Assembly (NCBI GenBank): GCA_038250515.1
Contig: JBBSCG010000002.1
Span: 4,825 to 68,824, forward strand
DNA: 64,000 bases
Origin: Candidatus Limnocylindria bacterium
Lineage (GTDB): Bacteria > Chloroflexota > Limnocylindria > QHBO01
Direction: 5' to 3'
Shown piece by piece: positions 11,497 to 19,237 of this stretch. The notes under the pieces are model-generated. The model saw only the letters and a list, made by a program, of their open reading frames with translations. It had not been told where the DNA came from and did no database searches. The translations under genes and the position numbers were made by a program. The number at the start of each line of letters is the position of its first letter. Positions within the stretch are counted from its first letter, which is position 1.

Positions 11497-14373
11497 GTGA
11501 GCAATCGTCCCCCCATCGATCCGACCGATGCGCGCGACACCTTGCGCGTCGCGGATCGGTCGTACGGCATCTACCGTCTCGATGCCACAGGCGCGGACCT
11601 CGGCCGGCTGCCGTACACCGTCAAAGTGCTGCTCGAGAACATGCTGCGCCACGCCGCGCGTGGCGACGGGCTGGTGACCGGCAACGATGTGCAGGCGCTC
11701 GCCGCCTGGGACCCGGCGCAGCCCGCCGAGTACGAGCTGCCGTTCATGCCATCGCGCGTTATCCTGCAGGACTTCACCGGCGTTCCGTGCGTCGTGGACC
11801 TCGCGGCGATGCGCGACGCCATGGCGCAGATGGGCGGCGATCCCGGTCGGATCAACCCACTGGTGCCCGCCGACCTGGTCATCGACCACAGCGTTCAGGT
11901 CGATATGTTCGGCTCGGACAGCGCGTTCGCCATCAACGTCGAGCGCGAGTACGAACGCAATGGCGAGCGCTACGCCCTGCTGCGATGGGCACAGCAGGCA
12001 TTCGGCGACTTCCGCGTCGTGCCGCCCGGCACCGGGATCGTGCACCAGGTCAACCTTGAGTTCCTCGCATCCGTCGTCGCCGCGCGCAAGGGCCAGGATG
12101 GCGTCGAGTACGCCTTCCCCGACACGCTGGTCGGTACCGATTCGCACACCACCATGGTCAACGGCCTCGGCGTCGTCGGCTGGGGCGTGGGCGGCATCGA
12201 GGCCGAGGCGGCGCTGCTTGGTCAGCCGCTCTACCAGCCGATGCCGATCGTGGTCGGCTTCCGCCTCGATGGCGAGATGCCGTCCGGATCGACCGCCACC
12301 GACCTCGTGCTGTACGTGACCGAGATGCTGCGCGCGCATGGCGTGGTCGGCAAGTTCGTCGAGTTCCACGGACCGGGCCTGTCGAAGCTCGGCCTGGCGG
12401 ACCGCGCCACGATCTCCAACATGTCGCCCGAATTCGGCGCGACTGCGACCCTGTTCCCGGTCGACGACGAGACGCTGCGCTACCTGGCCATGACCGGCCG
12501 GCCGGCCGACGTCCTAGCGCGCGTCGAGGCGTACACCAAGGAACAGGGCCTCTTCCGGACGGATGCCACGCGGGATCCCGTTTTCAACGAGTCGCTGAGC
12601 ATGGATCTCGGCGAGGTGCGTCCATCGGTCGCCGGTCCCAAGCGTCCGCAGGACCGCGTGGCGCTCACCGAGCTGCGCGACAGCTTCCGCGGCCTCTTCC
12701 CGAATGGCCTGCATACCCATGACGAGGTCGGCGAAGTGCACGACATGCCGCAACGCCGCCACGTGGACGAGGTGCAGGAGGCTTCCCAGGAGTCGTTCCC
12801 GGCCAGCGATCCGCCCGGCTGGACCAAGGATGGCGCCGAGGGCAACAACGCTGTCAGCTCGCCACGCATCGAGCCCGGCACCGTCCCGGCCGGCGCGCAT
12901 TACCGCTCATGCGAGATCGAGCTTGATGGAGAGCGCATGCGGCTGCGCAGCGGGTCGGTCGTCATCGCCGCGATCACGTCGTGCACCAACACCAGCAACC
13001 CGAACGTGATGGTCGCCGCGGGTCTGCTCGCCCAGAAGGCGGTTGGGCGCGGGCTGCGGGTGCCGCCCTACGTCAAGACCTCGCTCGCGCCCGGATCGCG
13101 CGCGGTGACCGACTACCTGGACGCCGCCGGCCTGACCGATCCGTTGAACACGCTCGGCTTCAACCTGGTGGGCTACGGCTGCACGACCTGCATCGGTAAT
13201 TCAGGGCCGCTGGCCGAGTCGATCGCCGAGGCCATCGAGGCCGAGGAGCTGACCGGCGTGGCCGTGCTGTCGGGCAACCGAAACTTCGAGGGCCGCATCC
13301 ATCCCCACGCTCGGGCCAGCTATTTGGCCTCGCCGCCGTTGGTGGTGGCATTCGCGCTGGCCGGACGCATCGACATCGATCTCAGCAGCGAGCCGCTGGG
13401 CATCGGTTCGGACGGACGCGAGGTCTTCCTGTCGGACCTGTGGCCGTCTCCGGCCGAGGTCGCCCGCGTCATCGCAGAGCGCGTCAGCTCCGAGATCTTC
13501 GTGCGCAACTACGCCAGCGTGTTCGACGGTGATGACCGATGGCGCTCACTGCCGGTCCCTCCGGGGGACCGCTATGCGTGGGACCCGGACTCGACCTATG
13601 TCGCACTGCCGCCGTTCTTCGAGGGACTCTCGCCGGAGCCACAGCCGGTGACCGATGTCGTCGACGCGCGCGTGCTGGCGATGTTGGGCGACTCGGTGAC
13701 CACCGACCACATCAGCCCGGCGGGGGCGATTGCGCGCACCTCGCCAGCCGGGCGCTGGCTTACCGAGCACGGCGTCGAGCTGCGTGACTTTAACTCGTAC
13801 GGGTCTCGCCGAGGCCACCACGAGGTAATGATGCGCGGCACGTTCGCCAACCTTCGGCTGCGCAACGCGCTGACGCCCGACGCGGAGGGCAATCTGACCG
13901 AGCACCTGCCGACGGGGGAGCGGATGTCCATCTTCGACGCCGCCATGCGCTACGTGGAAGATGGCATCCCGACCGTCATCCTTGCGGGCAAGGAGTATGG
14001 CTCCGGCTCATCGCGTGACTGGGCCGCCAAGGGGCCGTATCTTCAGGGCGTTCGTGCGGTGATTGCCGAGTCGTACGAGCGCATCCATCGGGCGAACCTG
14101 GTGGGCATGGGCGTGCTGCCGCTGCAGTACCTGCCCGGTGAGACGGGCGGGTCGCTGGGTCTGACCGGCCGCGAGACGTTCACCATCCATGGCCTGAGTG
14201 ACACTCTGCGGCCGCACCAGGAGCTGACGGTCAGCGTTCGGTCCGAAGAGGGCGTCAAGCGTTCGTTCCGGGTGGCGGTTCGGCTGGATGGGGCGATCGA
14301 TGTCGAGTACTACCGCAACGGCGGCGTGCTGCAGACCGTGCTGCGGCGTCTGGCGCGCGAGGGATCGGCCTGA
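11497..14373 (+). CDS. acnA: aconitate hydratase A
   Basis: LPYTVKVLLENMLR, GTDSHTTM, ITSCTNTSNP and GCTTCIGNSGPL Fe-S ligand motifs, plus the swivel domain. Start placed at the GTG at 11497 behind GAAGGAGG. Confidence 0.93.
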   Translation: MSNRPPIDPTDARDTLRVADRSYGIYRLDATGADLGRLPYTVKVLLENMLRHAARGDGLVTGNDVQALAAWDPAQPAEYELPFMPSRVILQDFTGVPCVVDLAAMRDAMAQMGGDPGRINPLVPADLVIDHSVQVDMFGSDSAFAINVEREYERNGERYALLRWAQQAFGDFRVVPPGTGIVHQVNLEFLASVVAARKGQDGVEYAFPDTLVGTDSHTTMVNGLGVVGWGVGGIEAEAALLGQPLYQPMPIVVGFRLDGEMPSGSTATDLVLYVTEMLRAHGVVGKFVEFHGPGLSKLGLADRATISNMSPEFGATATLFPVDDETLRYLAMTGRPADVLARVEAYTKEQGLFRTDATRDPVFNESLSMDLGEVRPSVAGPKRPQDRVALTELRDSFRGLFPNGLHTHDEVGEVHDMPQRRHVDEVQEASQESFPASDPPGWTKDGAEGNNAVSSPRIEPGTVPAGAHYRSCEIELDGERMRLRSGSVVIAAITSCTNTSNPNVMVAAGLLAQKAVGRGLRVPPYVKTSLAPGSRAVTDYLDAAGLTDPLNTLGFNLVGYGCTTCIGNSGPLAESIAEAIEAEELTGVAVLSGNRNFEGRIHPHARASYLASPPLVVAFALAGRIDIDLSSEPLGIGSDGREVFLSDLWPSPAEVARVIAERVSSEIFVRNYASVFDGDDRWRSLPVPPGDRYAWDPDSTYVALPPFFEGLSPEPQPVTDVVDARVLAMLGDSVTTDHISPAGAIARTSPAGRWLTEHGVELRDFNSYGSRRGHHEVMMRGTFANLRLRNALTPDAEGNLTEHLPTGERMSIFDAAMRYVEDGIPTVILAGKEYGSGSSRDWAAKGPYLQGVRAVIAESYERIHRANLVGMGVLPLQYLPGETGGSLGLTGRETFTIHGLSDTLRPHQELTVSVRSEEGVKRSFRVAVRLDGAIDVEYYRNGGVLQTVLRRLAREGSA

Positions 14374-14375
14374 GC
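14368..14375. repeat. left target-site duplication GCCTGAGC
   Basis: Identical 8-mer at 19192-19199, directly abutting the other TIR. Contains the acnA stop codon. Confidence 0.75.
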
Positions 14376-14394
14376 GGTAGTGCATCAGTTTGAG
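14376..14394. repeat. left terminal inverted repeat GGTAGTGCATCAGTTTGAG
   Basis: Exact reverse complement of 19173-19191. The match can be extended to 21 bp if it overlaps the duplication. Confidence 0.8.
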
Positions 14395-16043
14395 TCGAAC
14401 AGCCCAGCCTGCTCCGCCGCCTTCTTGATCGGCTGAGCCTGCTGGTAGGGCGACAGGACGAGCAGCGGCAGGTTGGGCTTTCGGTCCTCTTCGAGCAGCT
14501 CACGGATCGTGATGATCTGGACGGCCGGATAGTCACGCCCCGACAAATCGGAGTGGTAGAAGCCTGCTTCCGTCGCCTCTAGGCGCATCGGACCTGTCGG
14601 CTCTTCCAGCGTGACGAACAAGCCCATTACCGCGCCCTGGGCGCCAATGTCGCCCTTTAGTTCAGCGACCTGGCCACGGCCCACGTGGCCGGATTTCACG
14701 CTCACGATGCAGCTTTCGAGCTTGCCGCCTGCCCCGGTGAAGGTGATGACCCCATCTACGCCTTTATCGGCCCCCTTCTTCTGAGTGCCGCCTACGGGCA
14801 TTGCACCGACGAGCGTAAGCGCCCAAAGCTCGAACTGCTCTCGTCCATTCGGAAGTTGCTGCGCGAGCTTTCTCGCGCCCTCGACCTCAGTGGGCGAACC
14901 CTCGATGGGAACCACGATCCCGAAACTGTCGCGTAGCCGCGCCTGCATCACCGCAATGGCGAGATAGGTAACGTCGATCCCGATCCATCGCCGTCCTAGT
15001 TTCTGAGCAGCTACGACCGCCGTGCCGCATCCGCAAAATGGATCGAGCACAAGGTCGCCCGGTTTTGACGAGGACCTGATGACCCTCTCTAGCAGAGCTA
15101 ACGGTTTTTGAGTCGGATAGCCGAGGCGCTCGTTGCCGTCGACCTGCTCGATGTCGGTCCAGAGATTAGAAACAGTGCGACCCTTGGAATCGCCCAAGTA
15201 CTTCTTGTACTGCGGAATGGCGCCCGGTTTCGTCTGGACGACTAGGCCGCTGGCGTATGCGTCGGCCATCCTCTCCTTCGTCCAGCGCCAGACGCGCGTC
15301 ACGCCCAGGAACTCATAGGTGAGGTTCGGTCGGTCCTTGTTCGGATTTAGCAACGGGAGTAGGCGGTATCGACCCCCGTCATCTACGTGCCGGTACGCGG
15401 TTTCTACGTACTTCGGATCGTGCGTCTCATATGGCTGACGGAAGAAGGCCCGAGCAGACGCCGTGTACCGCAGGAGACTGTCAGTCACATTTGCGAAATT
15501 GGCGGACCCAAGGCTCTTAGGGTTTGACCGGCGCCAGATGATTTCGTTGCCAAACCGTTCTGGCCCGAAGATCGAGTCCAGAATCAGCTTCAGGTAGTGA
15601 CTCGCAGTGGGGTCGCAGTGAAGATAGAGCGAGCCGGACCGTTTCAAGACCCGATGCAGTTCGACAAGGCGAACAGCCATTTCCACCAGATAGGCGAGCA
15701 TCGGACTCGGCCTGATTCCCTTATGGAATGCTCCGATGAGGTCGCTCACCGTGCTCGGCACCCGGCCACCGTGATACCCGCTGTTCGTCAGGTACAGGTA
15801 TTGCGTTTCCGCGTCCGGCCCCCAATGCCAAGTGTCATCGAAGGCCGTGATTTGGGCATCGCTTCTCTGTCCGGATTCGTCGCGGAAGATGACGTTGTAG
15901 GCGGCGTTGCTGTTGAAGGGTGGGTCCAGGTAGATGAGGTCCACCGACTCCGGCGGGATGTAGGGCGGATCGTGACGCAGGATGTCGAGGTTGTCCCCGT
16001 AGTAGAGGACGTTGGTCTGCACGCCCCGAGCGTACCAGCCCAT
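14385..16043 (-). CDS. N6/N4 DNA methyltransferase (beta class, DPPF) fused to an Mrr-cat-like restriction-endonuclease domain
   Basis: IYLDPPFNSN (motif IV), then VLDPFCGCGTAVVAAQKLGRRWIGID (motif I). The C-terminal ~150 aa (KKGADKGVDGVITF...IVSVKSGHV) resembles an Mrr catalytic domain. The last three codons and the stop lie inside the left TIR. Confidence 0.85.
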   Translation of the reverse strand: MGWYARGVQTNVLYYGDNLDILRHDPPYIPPESVDLIYLDPPFNSNAAYNVIFRDESGQRSDAQITAFDDTWHWGPDAETQYLYLTNSGYHGGRVPSTVSDLIGAFHKGIRPSPMLAYLVEMAVRLVELHRVLKRSGSLYLHCDPTASHYLKLILDSIFGPERFGNEIIWRRSNPKSLGSANFANVTDSLLRYTASARAFFRQPYETHDPKYVETAYRHVDDGGRYRLLPLLNPNKDRPNLTYEFLGVTRVWRWTKERMADAYASGLVVQTKPGAIPQYKKYLGDSKGRTVSNLWTDIEQVDGNERLGYPTQKPLALLERVIRSSSKPGDLVLDPFCGCGTAVVAAQKLGRRWIGIDVTYLAIAVMQARLRDSFGIVVPIEGSPTEVEGARKLAQQLPNGREQFELWALTLVGAMPVGGTQKKGADKGVDGVITFTGAGGKLESCIVSVKSGHVGRGQVAELKGDIGAQGAVMGLFVTLEEPTGPMRLEATEAGFYHSDLSGRDYPAVQIITIRELLEEDRKPNLPLLVLSPYQQAQPIKKAAEQAGLFDSN

Positions 16044-16130
16044 CAGTCCAGCAGCGCTGCGATTTCCTCGCAGGTCCAGATGTGGTCGGCAACGCCTGCC
16101 AGCCGGGGTCCGCGCGGAGGGCGGGTCAGG
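16043..16130 (-). pseudogene. relic 3' end of a second IS1-like transposase copy
   Basis: Translates to ...PRGPRLAGVADHIWTCEEIAALLD*, against ...PRTPAMAAGVADHIWTCEEIAALLD* at the end of the intact transposase (17002-). Its TGA overlaps the methyltransferase ATG (TGATG). Confidence 0.55.
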
Positions 16131-16401
16131 GCGAGTGGTCGTGTCCCCTTGCCGCTAGATACTCTGGCTGACCCTTAGAGCAATCGGCCAGCTCGCGGAA
16201 GAGCGCCAGTGGTATCCCCAGTTGCCGCGCCATGTCCGACTCGCGGTGGCCGATCTCTTGTCCCTTCGCGCCATGTGACAGATGCGTGCGACCGAAGGTC
16301 TCCCCGCACTCTGGACAGGAGATATAGAAGAACTGATGGTCTCGGTTCTCCTCGTCGTCAGTGAGTTTCCTGACTCCCCGTTCGGCCTCGCGGCGCTTCA
16401 C
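16126..16401 (-). CDS. hypothetical 91-aa protein (single CPEC motif; weak HicA-like/HTH-like C-terminal segment)
   Basis: ORF coupled by a 4-nt overlap to the upstream HicB-like gene. THLSHGAKGQEIGHRESDMARQLGI loosely resembles the HicA core. No firm family call. Confidence 0.45.
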   Translation of the reverse strand: MKRREAERGVRKLTDDEENRDHQFFYISCPECGETFGRTHLSHGAKGQEIGHRESDMARQLGIPLALFRELADCSKGQPEYLAARGHDHSP

Positions 16402-16706
16402 TCGGCAAACAGGAACCGAAGCCGCTGCAACTCCAGTCGCATGTCGGCACTGAGCTTCGCCTCGCGGGTCTGTAGTCCCTTGAGCGAGATGTGCAGATGG
16501 GTGACGAGGTCATTGATCGCCGCCTCTGGCGTGACACCTTCTCCGAAGATGCCCGAGTGCTTGTCCGTTGCGACAACACCGTCTGCAACAGGCTCGACAT
16601 TCACTTGGAGTTGCCCGCCGGGCAGGATGAGGACCAAGGCCTCACGCCGTTCCGGCGTAGGCGCGACTAGCGACTTCTCGAACGTCGTCTGATTCGTGAT
16701 AGTCAC
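16398..16706 (-). CDS. HicB-like (UPF0150) antitoxin-fold protein
   Basis: 102 aa. ...VATDKHSGIFGEGVTPEAAINDL... matches the HicB/UPF0150 pattern (xGxGxTxEEAxxNL). GTGA overlap with the upstream ORF. Confidence 0.5.
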   Translation of the reverse strand: MTITNQTTFEKSLVAPTPERREALVLILPGGQLQVNVEPVADGVVATDKHSGIFGEGVTPEAAINDLVTHLHISLKGLQTREAKLSADMRLELQRLRFLFAE

Positions 16707-16990
16707 TTGTCGCCCTCCTCTATTTTGGACGCACGGTCAGGAAGTGATGACAGGCCGCGCTTAATATTGTCGGCCATCGCTTCGGCCAATTCGGACGTCA
16801 TGCGGACTCGGCAGACGATACGCCCTGCCGTAACATTGGTCGGCGCGGCATCGGGGTCGCTCAAGATGAACGTACAGGCGATTCCGAATGTTCCAGTGCT
16901 GACTCTCACCCCATCGGCAAAGATGTCAGGGAACTCTGGCTCTGTCACTGAGCCGATAGTCTTGCACAAGTCGTCAATGCGCTCGGGCAC
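16703..16990 (-). CDS. DUF3467-like small protein
   Basis: FADGVRVSTGTFGIACTFILSD...AGRIVCRVRMTSELAEAMADNIKRGL resembles the DUF3467 pattern as I recall it. Start uncertain: GTG at 16990 chosen to avoid overlap with the transposase, while the track gives 17032. Confidence 0.4.
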   Translation of the reverse strand: MPERIDDLCKTIGSVTEPEFPDIFADGVRVSTGTFGIACTFILSDPDAAPTNVTAGRIVCRVRMTSELAEAMADNIKRGLSSLPDRASKIEEGDK

Positions 16991-17001
16991 CCGCAGCCCG
17001 C

Positions 17002-17877
17002 TTAGTCGAGGAGTGCCGCGATCTCCTCGCACGTCCAGATGTGATCCGCCACGCCCGCGGCCATCGCCGGGGTCCGAGGATACGGGTTGGCGAGGGACCG
17101 ATGGGTTCGCGCGAAGTTGTAGTGAAGATGCTGTAGGGCCACGGCCGCGGCATGATTGCGGACCTTCTTGCTGAAGGCATTGGTCAGTCGGGTGAAGCGT
17201 CGGCTGCTCATCCGCAGGGTCAGGTTGCTGCGCTCGACGTAGGAAGTCGAGATGCGCGCCGGGTCGGGATCGCCCTGGATCACGCGGACCTCCATGCTGG
17301 TGCAGACCTGCGGGCTGTACTTACGGGCCTGCGGAACTTCCGCGCCTTCGCCGCCTTCCGTCCCATAGCTCTTGATGAGCATCGCGTAGTCAACGTCCCG
17401 GCCGAACTCCGTTTCGATGGCCTCTTGGTACGGCTTGTGGCCGTCCGTGGTGATCTGCACCCGGTTGGCGAGGCGGCTGCCCAGATCGGCGATGAACTCG
17501 CGGGCTGCGATCTCGTCGCGCGGGCCGACCAGCCATGCCGGGATGAGCTTGGTATCGGCGTCAATTGCGATCCAGGTCCATACGTCGCCGTAGCCGAACT
17601 CACCAGCGTGCTTCTCGGGGACGTTGCGCGCCTTGGCATGGACGAAGGCCCAAATCTCATCGCACTCGATCCGGGTCGCGGTCAGATTGCGCAGCGTCCG
17701 GCTCTGGTACTCAGTCGCCGCGTCGCCTAGCTCGACCAGCAGCTTCATGATCGTGTTCTGCGCGAAGCCGGTCATGCGGTTGATTGAGCGGATCGAGTTG
17801 CCCTCGACCAGCATGCCGATGATCCTCGCCCGTTCCTGCCTGCTCAACCGGTTCATACTGCGATGATGCTTGAGCAT
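17002..17877 (-). CDS. IS1-family DDE transposase (single-ORF type)
   Basis: N-terminal HTH (LSRQERARIIGMLVEGNSIRSINRMTG), CDEIWAFV, ITTDGHKPY, and SYVERSNLTLRMSSRRFTRLTNAFSKK...HYNF: IS1-like motifs. An alternative start is MNRLS at 17856. Confidence 0.85.
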   Translation of the reverse strand: MLKHHRSMNRLSRQERARIIGMLVEGNSIRSINRMTGFAQNTIMKLLVELGDAATEYQSRTLRNLTATRIECDEIWAFVHAKARNVPEKHAGEFGYGDVWTWIAIDADTKLIPAWLVGPRDEIAAREFIADLGSRLANRVQITTDGHKPYQEAIETEFGRDVDYAMLIKSYGTEGGEGAEVPQARKYSPQVCTSMEVRVIQGDPDPARISTSYVERSNLTLRMSSRRFTRLTNAFSKKVRNHAAAVALQHLHYNFARTHRSLANPYPRTPAMAAGVADHIWTCEEIAALLD

Positions 17878-17941
17878 CGTGACAACAGTCTGTCGCGATG
17901 CTTGAGCACCTCAGAATCGCAGCGTGTATACTTTGGGCCGG

Positions 17942-18011
17942 TGGTGGAGCGCACGGGAATCGAACCCGTCAGGGGAGGATGGTAAGCCCGTCCTGGCGAC
18001 CTGCGCGCCCC
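17942..18011 (-). other. tRNA-like element (acceptor stem, perfect T-arm, discriminator A, encoded CCA; core too short for a normal tRNA)
   Basis: The minus strand reads GGGGCGC-35 nt-ACGGGTTCGATTCCCGT-GCGCTCC-A-CCA. The 7-bp acceptor stem has one G-U pair. The T-loop is canonical (TTCGATT). The 35-nt middle cannot form both D and anticodon arms. Confidence 0.5.
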
Positions 18012-18018
18012 ACCGCTT

Positions 18019-18816
18019 CTAATCGGCGGCTTTGCGGCCTCCCTTTGCTGCCATCCCAAGCAGCTCTTCGATCTTCGCCATGAGCGCCGGATCGGGTTCG
18101 CCCTTCTGACGGAGCAACCCGATGAGTGCGCTGATGTACTCGCTCTCCAGGCTGTCCTTCGTCCGTGTTTCGGTGGGCGGTTGAGTCCGGCCACCATCGT
18201 CCCCGCTGCCTCCGCCACCATCTGCGGGGTTGACAGCGGGTGGCGGTTCAGCAGCCGGGGATACGGACCCGACGCGGGGGATGATGAGTTGGGTGCGGCC
18301 GCCTCGCGTCGAGAAGAATCCGGCCTGGTCGGCAGAGTCCATCAAGGCCCGATAGGCGTCGTCGAGCCGGCTCGGAGTGATCCCATAGCGCGTGCGGAAC
18401 GCATTCTTCATACCGAAGTCTGATGGGAGCTGCTTCCCGTGGTTATCGTCGTAAACGACTCGGAACAGAGGAACGCTTAGGAACGCTTCGGTCATTGCCC
18501 TCCGAGCATCTTCGGGAAACTCGGGCATAAGGATCATCTGCGCGCGAGGCGTGATCGTGATCCGGTCGCCCTGGCCCGCGATTAGGTCAAACGTCCGCGC
18601 GGACGCGATGCGCGCGAGATACGCTCCATTCTTGGAGGAACGGTATCCAAGGTAGGCGGCTAGCTGATCGTTGCTGGCTACCCCGCCTCCCTTGTCATGC
18701 ACGGCCTTGGCAACTGCAACCGAATCAAGGAGTGAGTAGACGGGGAACTTGGTCTTGGATAGCTCGCGCTTGCGAGGCGGCGTGACGGCCTCGGGCATTC
18801 GCTTGGGCTCGGCCAT
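18019..18816 (-). CDS. hypothetical protein, probable N-terminal winged-helix domain, Gly/Pro-rich linker, helical C-terminus
   Basis: 265-aa ORF with GGAGGG 7 nt upstream of the ATG. No family recognised. Confidence 0.6.
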   Translation of the reverse strand: MAEPKRMPEAVTPPRKRELSKTKFPVYSLLDSVAVAKAVHDKGGGVASNDQLAAYLGYRSSKNGAYLARIASARTFDLIAGQGDRITITPRAQMILMPEFPEDARRAMTEAFLSVPLFRVVYDDNHGKQLPSDFGMKNAFRTRYGITPSRLDDAYRALMDSADQAGFFSTRGGRTQLIIPRVGSVSPAAEPPPAVNPADGGGGSGDDGGRTQPPTETRTKDSLESEYISALIGLLRQKGEPDPALMAKIEELLGMAAKGGRKAAD

Positions 18817-18888
18817 CTTGCGGCCCTCCGTTACGGATTGGCAGTAACTCGCTGTACTGGCGAACCGTAAACTAGAACCGCAACAGTG

Positions 18889-19125
18889 TCAACCTTGACT
18901 CACACCCCACCGCGCCTGAGCCGCCTTCCGCGCAATCTCGCTCCGCTGCTCGGGGCTGAGTTTCGCCGCTCGGGCCTTCCCGCCCTTTAGCCCGCCACGT
19001 CGCCCCAGCTCGACCGCCATCGGGTCCTTCACCCGCTCCGGTTGAGGTTTGGCTTCACCAAGGAACGCGTCCAGCGTGGCCTTCGCCCGTTGATTCACGT
19101 CGCGCGGCATCTTCTGCTTCTTCAC
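18889..19125 (-). CDS. small basic protein with KGGKARAAKLSPEQRSEIARKAAQARW motif
   Basis: 78-aa ORF (GTG start, or MPRDV at 19110). I recognise this C-terminal motif from small mobile-element or toxin-antitoxin-associated proteins of unknown function. Confidence 0.45.
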   Translation of the reverse strand: MKKQKMPRDVNQRAKATLDAFLGEAKPQPERVKDPMAVELGRRGGLKGGKARAAKLSPEQRSEIARKAAQARWGVSQG

Positions 19126-19172
19126 CGCTCAAGCATGCGCCTGCGCGGAGCGGCTCGTCAACCGGGAGGCGG

Positions 19173-19191
19173 CTCAAACTGATGCACTACC
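19173..19191. repeat. right terminal inverted repeat CTCAAACTGATGCACTACC
   Basis: Exact reverse complement of 14376-14394. Confidence 0.8.
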
Positions 19192-19199
19192 GCCTGAGC
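19192..19199. repeat. right target-site duplication GCCTGAGC
   Basis: Identical to 14368-14375. Confidence 0.75.
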
Positions 19200-19237
19200 G
19201 CTTACATGGACGGCGGCGGTGCATCGGTCTAGACTCA

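Larger units (their letters stand above)
14376..19191 (-). mobile_element. IS1-family cargo-carrying (transporter) insertion sequence, 4816 bp
   Basis: Perfect 19-bp terminal inverted repeats beginning GGTAGTG. 8-bp direct repeats on both flanks. One IS1-like DDE transposase inside. Interior is visibly less GC-rich than the flanks. Confidence 0.75.

Noticed and set aside
17942-18011. Calling this an intact tRNA gene
   Set aside because: Only 70 nt including the CCA. The 35 nt between the acceptor 5' strand and the T-arm cannot form both a D arm and a 5-bp/7-nt anticodon stem-loop. Reported as a tRNA-like element instead.
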